Made by a program: the position numbers and the translations under genes
In this document: positions 36,727 through 48,600 of the stretch, piece by piece
Layout of the letters: every line of letters begins with the position of its first letter
Numbering within the stretch: position 1 is the first letter of the stretch
From: Oikopleura dioica
Lineage: Eukaryota > Animalia > Chordata
Assembly (NCBI GenBank): GCA_907165135.1
Contig: OU015567.1
Coordinates: 11,656,001 to 11,720,000, forward strand
DNA: 64,000 bases
Direction: 5' to 3'
The notes under the pieces: model-generated
What the model saw: the letters and a program-made list of their open reading frames with translations, nothing else
The model's database searches: none
Told to the model about the DNA's origin: nothing

Positions 36727-39700
36727 TTAGTTCGTTTTCATCTTTCGGTAGGCTCGTTTGCGCACTTTTTCGTGCATTGAAAATAAAAGCTTGTTTTGAA
36801 GAAAGGCTGGAATGTTGGTGACAAAAGCGTGCTGCAAATCGTGGAAGAAGTACCCGCATGTGCTCTAGAATTCTCTTTGAAGGCGTTGTCAATAGCAGGG
36901 TGGCTATTTTGGACTTGGGGGTTAGTTGGAATTGGATTGGATCCAATCCAATAAGGTTTGGATGGAATTTGGATGGCCAGGGTATCGGATTTTATTGGGT
37001 AAAATTGGGTAATTGGGGGAAATTGGGGATTGGCGACATTGGAAAATTGGATCTTCTTGGGGAATTGGCAGTTGTTGGCAAGATTTGATCCGAGAAAAAA
37101 TTGCGAAAAAATGCTCGACCAATCAGGTTTGTTCTCAACCTACACTCATCACGCGCAGTCTACCTTTCTCAGACGGATAAATACTGATCATTAGAGAGTT
37201 TTACTGCGATTTAAATGGCATTTTCTTTTCTTTTACTAGTCAACCTTTTTTCAGAAGGGATGAGTCCACCTGCCAAGCGTTCCAAGAGATGCATTTATGT
37301 GGCGAGTGACGAAAAAGACAAGGATAAACGAAAAGAAGAGGTTGATAGAAAGAAAGCGGAAATTACTGCTGATGAAAAAAGTGAGCAACCGACTGGTGAA
37401 TGGAAGAAATGGACCCCTACAAAACTACAAGACAAGATTCGAGAGCTCAACCTTGAATTTGAAGAGTACTATTTCGAGGGATTTCCGACTTGCTACTTGC
37501 GCTGCGCAAGAATAGATGGAGCTAAGTGCAAAAAATGCAGAGGAGAGGTAAAATTTGCATTTTGTAAAAATTCTTAAAAAACCTTAAGCCATTCCATACA
37601 TACGATCAAAATACAGATGTCTATAAAAAGACTCTCGAACCGATTGTGGATCGCCACGCGCAAGCACCAGATGAGCAGAGAGTACTCGCGCTTCTGAATA
37701 ACACCAAGGACCACAGAGTTGATGTCCAGAAGAAAGTTCTGCAAGTCATGCGCGATACCGGAACAAGCTTCCGGTTTTGGTCACATGACTCTGTCAAGGC
37801 CCTGATGCGCTGCCTTCTCAAAAATGTATCCTTTAGCCAGATGCTCATCAATCAACTTTGCCTTTCGAAGGATGCCATCAAAATATACATGAAAGAAGAG
37901 GCAAAGAAAATTCGGGAGCGCCTTCAACAGATTCTTCCGGAAATGGCAAAAAAGGGCCGCCTGTCAATTTCTCTAGGATAAGGATTTCAAAGTTTCTTTA
38001 AAAATTTTTGAATAATTTGTCTTATTAACAATTTAATATCCTTTAAAGACCACAAATACGTGAAAACTAAAGAAAATACGCTCTGGAAGATACTCGGGGT
38101 TGAGGTCAATATTCGCTGCAAAAACGGATTTTGGAACTGTTTGATCGGTTATGTTCCGATGCCGGACTCAACTGCGGATCACACCATAGAAAAACTGAAG
38201 CAGATATTTGAAGAATACAACCTTACCGATGCGATAGAGAAAAACTTGGTCTGCATTGTGAGCGATCAGGCAGCAGAGTCCGTGCCCGAGCATTTTACGA
38301 TCAACCGTAGCATTTGCGGAAGTCATTCAATGTGTTGCAACCTTAAGAGAGCGTGCGAACAAAATCTCAGACCAGGTGGACCGAAGGATAAGAAGTACGA
38401 ATCACTTGAAAAATTCATCGACAAGTGTGAAGCTACAGTATCGGCGAGTGATCTTCCGGCTGGTGTCGGATACAAGTCAATCAATGCGTTTTTGATTTCT
38501 CAAGAAGTGACTAATCGCTTGCTTATAAAAGAGTTTTATAATGCAAAAATAAAAGCGAGTACTGAAATTCTTGAAGACGATCAAGTCAAACGACTTGTTG
38601 AAGAAAAGACGGATGCATTCCTCAACAGAAAGGAGAAAGGGAAGGCCATCGATCGAATTTCCGGCTCCACGCGCTTCCGGAAATTAATCTATGGAGTTCA
38701 GCGTCTCCTTTTGAGCGAAGATAGCCTAAACAACCTCTTTTCTATCAACCACCCTCAACGCCATCTTCTCGCTGAGTGTCCAGTCCCAGATCTGCAGTTT
38801 GCGCGATCGATCAACCCTCTTCTTATCGAAATTCATCGCAGTATCAATATTCTCGAGTCTGACTCGCTTGCCTGCGGATCAGCGTACTACAAGCAAATCG
38901 AACGAATAATGATTGAGTGCGTCAATCGAATCACAATCAGTCGGACCGAGGAATCCAGATTTGCGAAGGCTGTGCTCATCAGTGTGGTGGAACAGGTTAC
39001 AAAAAAGCGGATTGATATGAATGGAAACGATGTCCCATGTCAAGTACCCCTTCGTTTTACCAACAAAGACTTGGCAAGCATTTACCTGGCACCCGACTCT
39101 ACATCGATAGCGATGAATTTTCATCCAGTCGTCGCCAAAATGAAAGATTCCCGAGTCCCCTTCATCTCCAAAATAATGGTATGTATTTATCTTCATGCCA
39201 AAAAAATTAAATAATTCAGAAAGTACTCGTCGACGGAACCAAGGATTGGCTCGAAAAAGCGAAGAACTGGATCACAGAGGTTGATCGAACAATGGAAGAC
39301 GACGAGCTGACAGATGAACAGTTGTTACAGCTCCTTGAAGCTGGCGTTAATAATGTTCAATGTGACAGCCAAAATAACGCTGTTGGCCCACTTAGTCACC
39401 GCCGCGGACTAGGAAAGCCAAAAGAAATCCGTTCCAAGATCGAAGAAGAGATTGCTCAGTACGACGAAGTAAATGATACTGATATAGAAGCGCGTAAGTA
39501 ATTTTCATCATTAATCTACTTAATTTGAAATTAGACAAGAAGTATTGCGCAATGAAGAAGGTTGCGGAAGATGATATTGTTGGAGAGTTCTGGCGGCGAT
39601 ACGCTGAAACCTTGCCAAGATTGAGCAGAATCGGATTAATGGTTCGGTTTTTTTGAGTTTAAAAATAAAGCATTTCTTAGCTTCATCACTCTTCCGTCTC

Positions 39701-42052
39701 AAGTTCAAGCCTGGAGCGAGCCTTCAGTTTCACGACATTGATGCGATCTATTCGACGCCATAAACTTGCTGCCAGCACAATCCTAGACATTGCCCTTGGA
39801 TCTACAGAAATAAACTTTGAAGAATAAGTATTGTTTGTTTGATTTTTTTTGAATTTGCTAGCTGGAAAATATTGGAAATCCAATGGAATCGGGGCATATT
39901 GGGAATTGGGAAAAGTTGGAATTTTGGAAGAACTTGGAATTGGATTTTAGTTGGGAATTGGGCGAAAATTGGATTGGATTGGATTTTGGATGGATAGACC
40001 CGGTTAGAAATTTTTTGGATGGAATTTGGATGGATAGACCCCTATTTTTTGTCCAAAATAGCCACTCTGGACTTGGCAAGCATTTACCTGGCACCCGACT
40101 CTACATCGATAGCGATGAATTTTCATCCAGTCGTCGCCAAAATGAAAGATTCCCGAGTCCCCTTCATCTCCAAAATAATGGTATGTATTTATCTTCATGC
40201 CAAAAAAATTAAATAATTCAGAAAGTACTCGTCGACGGAACCAAGGATTGGCTCGAAAAAGCGAAGAACTGGATCACAGAGGTTGATCGAACAATGGAAG
40301 ACGACGAGCTGACAGATGAACAGTTGTTACAGCTCCTTGAAGCTGGCGTTAATAATGTTCAATGTGACAGCCAAAATAACGCTGTTGGCCCACTTAGTCA
40401 CCGCCGCGGACTAGGAAAGCCAAAAGAAATCCGTTCCAAGATCGAAGAAGAGATTGCTCAGTACGACGAAGTAAATGATACTGATATAGAAGCGCGTAAG
40501 TAATTTTCATCATTAATCTACTTAATTTGAAATTAGACAAGAAGTATTGCGCAATGAAGAAGGTTGCGGAAGATGATATTGTTGGAGAGTTCTGGCGGCG
40601 ATACGCTGAAACCTTGCCAAGATTGAGCAGAATCGGATTAATGGTTCGGTTTTTTTGAGTTTAAAAATAAAGCATTTCTTAGCTTCATCACTCTTCCGTC
40701 TCAAGTTCAAGCCTGGAGCGAGCCTTCAGTTTCACGACATTGATGCGATCTATTCGACGCCATAAACTTGCTGCCAGCACAATCCTAGACATTGCCCTTG
40801 GATCTACAGAAATAAACTTTGAAGAATAAGTATTGTTTGTTTGATTTTTTTTGAATTTGCTAGCTGGAAAATATTGGAAATCCAATGGAATCGGGGCATA
40901 TTGGGAATTGGGAAAAGTTGGAATTTTGGAAGAACTTGGAATTGGATTTTAGTTGGGAATTGGGCGAAAATTGGATTGGATTGGATTTTGGATGGATAGA
41001 CCCGGTTAGAAATTTTTTGGATGGAATTTGGATGGATAGACCCCTATTTTTTGTCCAAAATAGCCACTCTGGTCAATAGGTGGGTTTTTACCTCGAGTCG
41101 GGTGGCGGAAGCAAGGGCGCTTTGGACGAATTTCTTTGGAGAGGGCTGAAGAAGGCCTGCTCTGACTTTGGACATTTTGGAAGACACGAGGTGAGGAGAA
41201 ATGAGCTGGACTTGAATTCCGTGATCTTCGTATTCATATCGAAGGCACTTGGTAAAATGGTGAACGTAAGCTTTCGTGGAAGCGTAGAGCGAGAGCAATG
41301 GGCAAACCAAATCGCCAGTTCCAGAGCCAATGTTGATCACAAGTCCTAAAACAAAATTAACTGGCTGTAAAGAGCTTCATTTGTACCTGTTTTTCGCTCG
41401 GACATGGGACCAATAACGGCGGCAGTTGCCTGGACCATCGATGCGCAATTGACGTTGACTAATTGATCCAATTTCTCCGCCGAATTCGGAATCATATGAA
41501 AGAATTCCGGAAAGTCGTAGCTCACCCCCGCGTTGTTCACCAATACGCCGATTTGCTTTTCTCTCGCGAGTTCTTTCAGTTTATCGGCAGCTTTTGCCGT
41601 CTCGTCCTTTAATTTTTACAAATTTTTCACGAGTTTATCTCTTTACTTGTTTAGATAAATCAGCGCGAACGAGCACTACTTTCGCGGAAGTTGCTTCAGT
41701 AATTTCTTTCTCCATGTTTTCAAGCTTCATTTGATTTCGTCCGACGATGATGATATTTTGACCTGCTTTCGCAAGCTGACGAGCGTATTCGGCCCCAATA
41801 CCATCTAAAAATGCGCTCTATCGAACATCTCTTCTGAAAACAAACCTGTTCCGCCAGTAATAACCGTCCAATCTCCAAACTTTCCGAAATCAACCGGCTT
41901 TGAGAGACCAAAAACCCACAATCTCGACAAAACCCACGAAGCTATCTGAAAACTCAATCAAAAACAGCACTAAAACCCTTAATTCCAACCTTCAATGCGA
42001 AGAAACCCAGCGCTAGATATCCAACTTTCTCTATGCAGTCACACTCCACCAT
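36727..42052 (-). CDS. HSD17B12: Very-long-chain 3-oxoacyl-CoA reductase / 17-beta-HSD12-like SDR; last intron contains the hAT element
   Basis: TVITGGT|DGIGAEYARQLAK, LVNNAGVSY, INIGSG, catalytic YASTK. The last exon STCGYFFHDLQHAF...HEKVRKRAYRKMKTN* (36864-36727) joins in phase 0 to the donor at 41091. Confidence 0.88.
37260..39827 (+). CDS. hAT transposase, 6 exons, apparently intact
   Basis: NLS-like MSPPAKRSKR, Cys-rich N-terminal region, first catalytic D in SISL|DHKY (across GA-AG intron 37977-38048), second D in IVSDQ, CxxH motif CGSH, TRF motif, and C-terminal FWRRYAETLPRLSRIGLM|LHHSSVSSSSLERAFS with the catalytic E. No in-frame stops in the manual splice. Confidence 0.88.
39068..41071 (+). 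repeat. Direct tandem duplication of the terminal 1002 bp of the hAT element (39068-40069 and 40070-41071)
   Basis: Identical ORFs offset by 1002 (39292/40294, 39520/40522, 39686/40688, 39883/40885). The right TIR ending at 40069 joins directly to GACTTGGCAAG, the sequence found at 39068. Confidence 0.95.
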
Positions 42053-42164
42053 TCTAAAAATACAGCACAACTCAAATTTCGCTCAGAAAATCAATTTTTT
42101 CAACAATTTATTGGGAAAAGAGGGCTTCTCTCTGGGGACAAGGCGAAAAAATTGATGCGAGTCG

Positions 42165-42183
42165 CAGCGCGCTCTGATTGGCT
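42165..42183 (-). promoter_or_regulatory. Candidate CCAAT box with a GC-rich motif upstream of the operon-like gene train
   Basis: Minus strand GCCAATCAGAGCGCGCTG, ~125 bp upstream of the HSD17B12 ATG, in the gap after the guanylyl cyclase stop. Motif only. Confidence 0.35.
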
Positions 42184-42291
42184 ACGTGCCTGGAAATCCT
42201 GAAGATCCTTGGTAGCCAGAAAGAACTGGAATTTTCTGCCTTTTTATTTATATTCGATATCTATAAAACAGTATCATTATTTTAGTTTTAT

Positions 42292-44930
42292 TCAGCGCGA
42301 AAAACTTCGTCTTCGTAAATGAACGATTTCATCGTCAAACATAATTGTTCTCTTCGTTGTTCGCTTCCTTCCCGTTTCTCGAGAATATGGAGTCGCCCTC
42401 GGGCCTTTTCTAGTGCTTTCTCTTTGTGTGACGAATCTCGACGCCCTCATCTCACTTGAAAAAAATGACATAAATTTCACAGAAGAGTTTACCTGAAATC
42501 ATCCTCAAAAATGTCTCCAACGGAATCGGCAGTTGCTCTGTAAGTGGGAAGCCTCGCGTCTGAAGCTCTCCTGTTGGACATTCGTGACAGGCGTTTATCG
42601 GAAACTCTGCCAGTAATTCTTCCTGTTACTCTAGCCCCGATACTAAAGAAAAATTTTAGCACCTCTTTGCAGTCTTCCTTGATTTCGAACCTGAAAACGG
42701 AACTTCTCCGTGTTTTACGACCTCCAGAAGAAGAGGCGGAATTTGTGTGTGTTCTTTTGTAGCTTTTTCCTCGAGAAAAATTATCCTTTATCAAGAAGAA
42801 AGTTTTTCCGCCAAGAATCTCACGAGCCTTGACTGCTTTTGCGAAACCTTTTCCAGTGATTTCTCGTTCTCGGATGGTGAAGCGGGCTTTTTCGTTGGAA
42901 AAGAGTCCAGTTTGGCTTTTTGCTTTTGCAAGGATATCCGCTAGAATTCCCATGTTAAGAATTACTAAAACGAAGAACTACCGATGGCCTGGGTAAGATG
43001 AATTTGATCCGGTACCCCGTAAGTCTCGCAGTTCTCCACAATTTTCACATTTTCCCCGAAAAGACACCACTTTGGCATGATTTTGCCAACAACCGCAGAT
43101 GTGACCGGTCCAGTGTGAAGTCCGATTCTCATTTGGAATCGATCATTGGGTAAATGAGGAATTTCGAAGTCGCAAATGTAGCGGTTTCGAATTGACAGCG
43201 CGAATTGGGCGATTTCCGAGGCATGAAACTCGTATTCCGCGGGACATCCTGAGACAGCAAAGTAAGCGTCGCCAATAGTTTCGATTTTTTGGCAGTTGAA
43301 TTCAGCAATCGTCTCATCGAAGAGTTTGAAGAGTTTCCCGATCATTTGCATCACCTGAGTTGGCGTGCTTCTTTTTCCTGAATATTCATTTAAAAAATTC
43401 TTTAGAAGGGAAAATACCAAGAGAAGTAAAGCCGCAAATGTCAGAGAAATAGAGAGAAACATTTTCATGATGTCTAGCAAAAGTATTGGTAGAGTCTCCG
43501 TACTTCATGTTTTCAACTATTTGAGCTGGCAACAGTCTTTGGTTTGGCTTTATCAAGTAAAATATTCTCGAAGAAAATATATTTAAAGCCGATCATAAAG
43601 TTTATATCGTCAGCTCTTTGACGCTCTCTTTCATATTCAACCTTTTTAGCAGCTATTTGCCGTTCCAGGTCGCGAGAATAGTACTCAAGAGTATCAAGCA
43701 TAATTTCAACAACATCTCTTTTGACAACAAGCCCCCTGGTATTCAAATCTGAAAGGGCGGAAGCAGCAGATTGGTACCGCAACGACGGATCTGCGTGGAG
43801 ACACCTCTCAAGACTAAATTAAGATAATTATTATGAATGACAGTTTATGATATCGAAAATGTTTTAAAGTACCTATCTCTTTGAAATCGTGTCAATTCAA
43901 CTCCGGAAAAATTTTGTTTCACTAGAACAAGTTCATTTGTCAACATCTTTGCCACTTTCTCTTCGATGGTTATAATTTCTGCTGTGAATGCCGGTCCCTG
44001 AGCAAAAATCAACTCCTGAAGAATGATTCCAAAGCTGTACATATCCTCCTCCGGGTACTTCGATCTTGGGAGATTTGATAGACCTTGACGATAATTCCAA
44101 AAAGAGAAATCATTTCTAATAAGCACTTCTGGCGCTATCCAGAGCAGTTTTTCTTCTTCCAGATCATGATAGTGGCAATTCTCCGCACAAAGCCCTTGCC
44201 TTCGTATCCACCGGTCACAGGTAGCCAAGTCGAAGTCCCCGATTCGAATGTGAAATCTACTGTCGATCATGCAATTTCGAGAGGTAAGGTTGCCGATAAT
44301 TTTAACAGGGCTCTGATGGATGTAGTTTATTCCTAAAAGAATCTCTCGCACAAAGTTGATCTTTGTTTCGATTGTTAGATTGAGACTTCTGTTAAGATAA
44401 AGAATGTCGTATAAGGACCCTTTGCGTAGTTTTTATGAAGTTTTCGCACGAGCGCTATTTTGCAATATAAAAACTGTTCCTTTGTTGTAGTAGTCCCAAA
44501 CGCGCAAAGCAGAGCCCGGAAGAGAATCTTTGACGACGCCGTGAAATTTTGCTACATTTGGATGGTCCAATTTTATCTTTTAAATGAGTTCTTTTATATT
44601 TAATTTTCGCTTAGTTGAGAATATAGAAAACTCTAACAATTCTCGAGCGAGACTAATTGAAGCTTCATTGTACGGCATATTTATATCAACTTGCTTAATT
44701 GCTACTAGCTTCGCCAGATCACTTTTATTCTCCGGCTTCAGAATAGCCCATTGGTAGTACTTCCTCTTCGGAAGGTGCACTTGGTCGAAGACGTTCATCG
44801 AGTCGGCCATCTCTTCACTAGAAGAAAGCTTCTTCGACAGCTGTTTGATAGACTTCGGGTCCAAAATTCCACCTGCTCTTCGAACATTTCGTCCGCCACG
44901 ATGATTAATTTCCGCCCTTACTGGGTTGAA
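42292..44930 (-). CDS. Guanylyl cyclase-like protein (kinase-homology domain, coiled-coil hinge, cyclase domain, low-complexity tail); 5' end unresolved
   Basis: KHD: LDHPNVAKFHG, GINYIHQS...GNLTSRNCMIDSRFHIRIGDF, LLWIAPEVL, DMYSFGIILQE. Cyclase: SLYFSDICGFT, KIETIGDAY, MRIGLHTGPV, MPKWCLFGENV. GA-AG intron at 44420-44479. Confidence 0.85.
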
Positions 44931-45668
44931 AATAAAACGATTTCTGTCTAACTCGATTTTTCTTTTCTTTGAAAGTCAAATAAGGATCATCGTTTTTTTA
45001 TCTTCTGAAAATATGGCGCGGTATGTTAAACGATTATGCAAAACGTATTCGAAAATTCTCTGATCCCCTGCCCAAATCGACTAACTGCGGAAAGAACGAC
45101 GCAAGAAAAAAGTATGAAGCATACTGCAAAGTCTATCATATCTCCTTTTTCTGGTCATGTTGAGCGAGACTTCTTTTGAATGAATTTTTTTTATTTTACG
45201 GCGAGATGCAAATAAAGTGCTTGAAGTGCGTATGTCAAAGGAAATCATCAAGCTTTGTTCAAAATGGTACAGTTGACAAGTCATACTGTATTTTCTTATC
45301 TCACGAAAGGTGATTTTAAGAGAAAATTCTAGTGCAGTGCAAATGCATAAATGATCATCTGCGTAAATCATTACGGAGTCAATTGCTTTAATTTTTTGAA
45401 AGGAATTATGCAGGCTCAATTATCGGAAGATGTGTATAAAAACATGAGCGTTCGGTGCATTTCGAAGCACAAGAGAAGATCGCCAGTGGACGCAAATTCT
45501 AGGATCAAGAGTTCTAGAATCTCCCGTCCAATATGGCTGGCGACAATGGAGGGAACTCCAGGAGAGGCTTAAAATAAAGAACCATAAGTTGGTTTTCTCG
45601 GAGGAAATAGATTTATAATAGATAAAAGTTTATTGGCCGTTGAAATTAAGTTTTTGAGCTTCATAAAG

Positions 45669-48600
45669 GAAATACTTGTCGCTGGTTCTGGCGATGTACG
45701 CGATCAAGCTCAAGTCAGACACCGAGAACCAGCGTTGTATCAACGATCACGTGGGTCACAACACGAAATCATGGCCCGACATCGACTGTCTCACGGAGCC
45801 GGACATGTGCCGTACGAGAGAGACAGAAGTGCCCGAGGAATGCGACATTTTCTGCTGCAACGAACAAGACGTCGATTTCATCTGCCACGCTGTTGCTTAT
45901 TCGATGAGCAAGGGAATGTGCAGAATGTACGGCTTCAGGATGGAGGATTATGATCAAGTGGCGAAGGAGCGCGGCCTTGTCGCGAAGAATGGAAAAGGAG
46001 ATGACTGGATGTATTTTTACAGAAAATGGGACAGTCAGCTCCATGACATTATCAATTTAACGATGAAAGAGGAGAGCGAAGACATCAAGACTTTCATGCG
46101 GCTCGATTGGATGGATGTCTACAAGGCCGATTGCTACATCGTTGATTTTGAAGGTGAAAACATGGAGGAGAAAAAAGTTATCCCGAACATCATGTCGAGC
46201 GAAATTGAATTCAACACGAGAATTCTGCCTTATAATTCTCGGTTGAATATGTCAATTACGGCTGGAAACGACAAAACTAACAGTGCTCCTCACATTGTGG
46301 AACTTTTGACCCGCCCTCCTCCGATTGACAACCTGACCATCATCGCCTCAGACGTGGATGTTGATTACTCGTGGAAAACTGTGGAAGGCTCTGAATCATT
46401 CACGATCAAAGTCATCGAGCTAGAAACAGGTGCTGAAATTGCAGCATCTCAGGAGACAAAAGACTTCAATTTCAACCACGCTGTCAAGCCAGTTACTGGA
46501 TATCAAATATTCATCCACTCAAACGCGATCGACTTCTACGGCAATGCAACGGAGGGTACAACTCGCGAAATGACATTCTATTCCGAGTTCCCCAAGATTA
46601 AAAAAGTCAGCATCGATGCTGTTGATTGTGACGAAGTGAGATTTTCGTGGGAAGATGTCGGCTACGGCGCAAAATACAAAGTACAAGTCTACGACCTCGA
46701 CAATGGGCAAAGCGTTTTCCTTGAAGATGTTGATGGAACAAATGCACGAGTCACCGGTCTTGAGAACGCAAGAAAGTACCAAACAATCGTTTACGCTTTT
46801 GATGAAAACACGAGAGGTGATCCAGCGGAGATAGTTTTTATCAGTGAACTCTGCAAGGCTGAGGATCTCTTCTCACCGAACCAAGAAGATACTGCTTTCG
46901 AACTATCTTGGAACCCAGTAGTACTCGCTCAAAAATACAAGATCAAGATCGAACCCTCTCCTGCCGATGGTCTCACGAGTAGATATGTTCAATCAGCTGC
47001 AGCTTACATCGAAGCTCTCACTCCCGGAATTCAATACAAAGTCTCGATCACTGCGATCATGAAACGAACCGACAAAGTTGAAATTATCTCAAAAGAGGCG
47101 CTTCTTTTCCAATATACAAAACTTCTTGCTCCAGAAGATCTCTGCATCCCAAATAAGAACCTTCATAATTCAAGTGCTACGCTCACGTGGACGATTATGG
47201 AAGGCGCTGATCTTTACTACCTGGCCCTCGCTACCTGTCGACCCGTGAACAACTTTCTCATTCGCCCCGGATTCTACCGCTCTAAGGGGCAAAACTGCCC
47301 CAGATGGCGATCAGAAGGGGTGAAAAAATGCGAAATAAAATCGGACTGGGACCAAGGATCAAAATATCTGATGCAGAATATTTCCAAAAATGCGGTAGAC
47401 AAGCACGAGCAAATTTTTCAGCTGACGGCGGATAGCAAAATGACACTAGACGGACTTGAGCCAGGAACAATCTACATGTTCTGGCTTGGAGGAGTCAACA
47501 AACAAACTTATTCGGAAAGAGCGGAAATGACCTTTATCACTCGATTGAAGACAACTGAACTGGCTGAGTTCTTCGATGTAACGCATGATTCTGTGAAGGT
47601 AAAATGGAAACTGGTTAACAAAGCGGACAGATACTCAATCATCGTCACCCACGATATTGCAAGACGAAAGCGAGTCCAGCGATTGACGACCAAATCCGAC
47701 TCAACGGACATAATTGATCTTCATCCAAACTCTCCGTATCTCATAGAAGTCATTGCCGAGAACAAAATCTCTTTTTCGTGGCCGTTTCCACTAAAAATGC
47801 GAACAAAACTGGCGCCGACAAAGATTCTCTCTCCTTTCAAACCACCACGAGGAGATGAAACCGGTGACGATTATTTTGACATTCAATGGACACCAGTAGA
47901 AGGCGCTGAAAGCTACGAAATCGAAATAACTGATGACCTGGATCATGATAGAAAGCGCCGAGAAGGAGATCATAGTTCTGATCGACCACCTTTCCATCTG
48001 ACTCACCGAGTCCGACCAAAGAATCTCGAAGAGCATCAGTTCTTTGCTGCGGGCATGAATCATAATACTGAGCATGAAATAAAGATCACAGCTCACAATC
48101 GTTTCACGGATGGATCAGTTACGACCGAGCGCTTCTTCACTCGGCCGCACACTCCCGAAAACTTCCGAACTGTCGAAGTCTACGATGATCTTGTCAGAGT
48201 TGCGTGGGACGCCTGCGAGGGAATTTGGGATTATGACATCAATGTCTACGATGACAATAATCACGTGGCGAAGGTCGTTCTTCATAACAAAACTGAACAT
48301 GAATTTAAAGAGTTGATTCCCAACCATCATTATATTTTCGTCATCCGTGCTTATGGGCACGTCGTTTCTCATCCGGCAACGATCAAGATCTTCACAAAGA
48401 TCCAAGGAGTCGATTATTTAACGATGACAGAAGTTTACGATGATACAATGAAATTGGATTGGAAAGAAGCGAATGGAGCGAGCCATTATCTTGTGTATTT
48501 CAGCCATCAAGAAGACCCCGAAGAACGCGTTGAACGAACAGAAACAAGTGACGTGACTCTGACGGATCTGACACCAAATTCGATTTACACCATCAAAGTC

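Larger units (their letters stand above)
36896..41071 (+). mobile_element. hAT-superfamily DNA transposon (4176 bp including the duplicated right end)
   Basis: 19-bp TIR CAGGGTGGCTATTTTGGAC / GTCCAAAATAGCCACTCTG (1 mismatch); perfect 8-bp TSD GTCAATAG at 36888-36895 and 41072-41079; subterminal (A)TTGG repeats at both ends; transposase gene inside. Confidence 0.95.

Noticed and set aside
36542-36946. 134-aa minus-strand ORF (MDPIQF...) crossing the hAT left end
   Set aside because: Chimeric: it starts inside the transposon and overlaps the HSD17B12 last exon in another frame.
45660-45700. Start of the polycystin gene: AG|G AAA TAC TTG would give signal peptide (M/R)KYLSLVLAMYA if an upstream exon supplies two bases
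   Set aside because: No matching upstream exon or donor could be identified; the true start is left unresolved.
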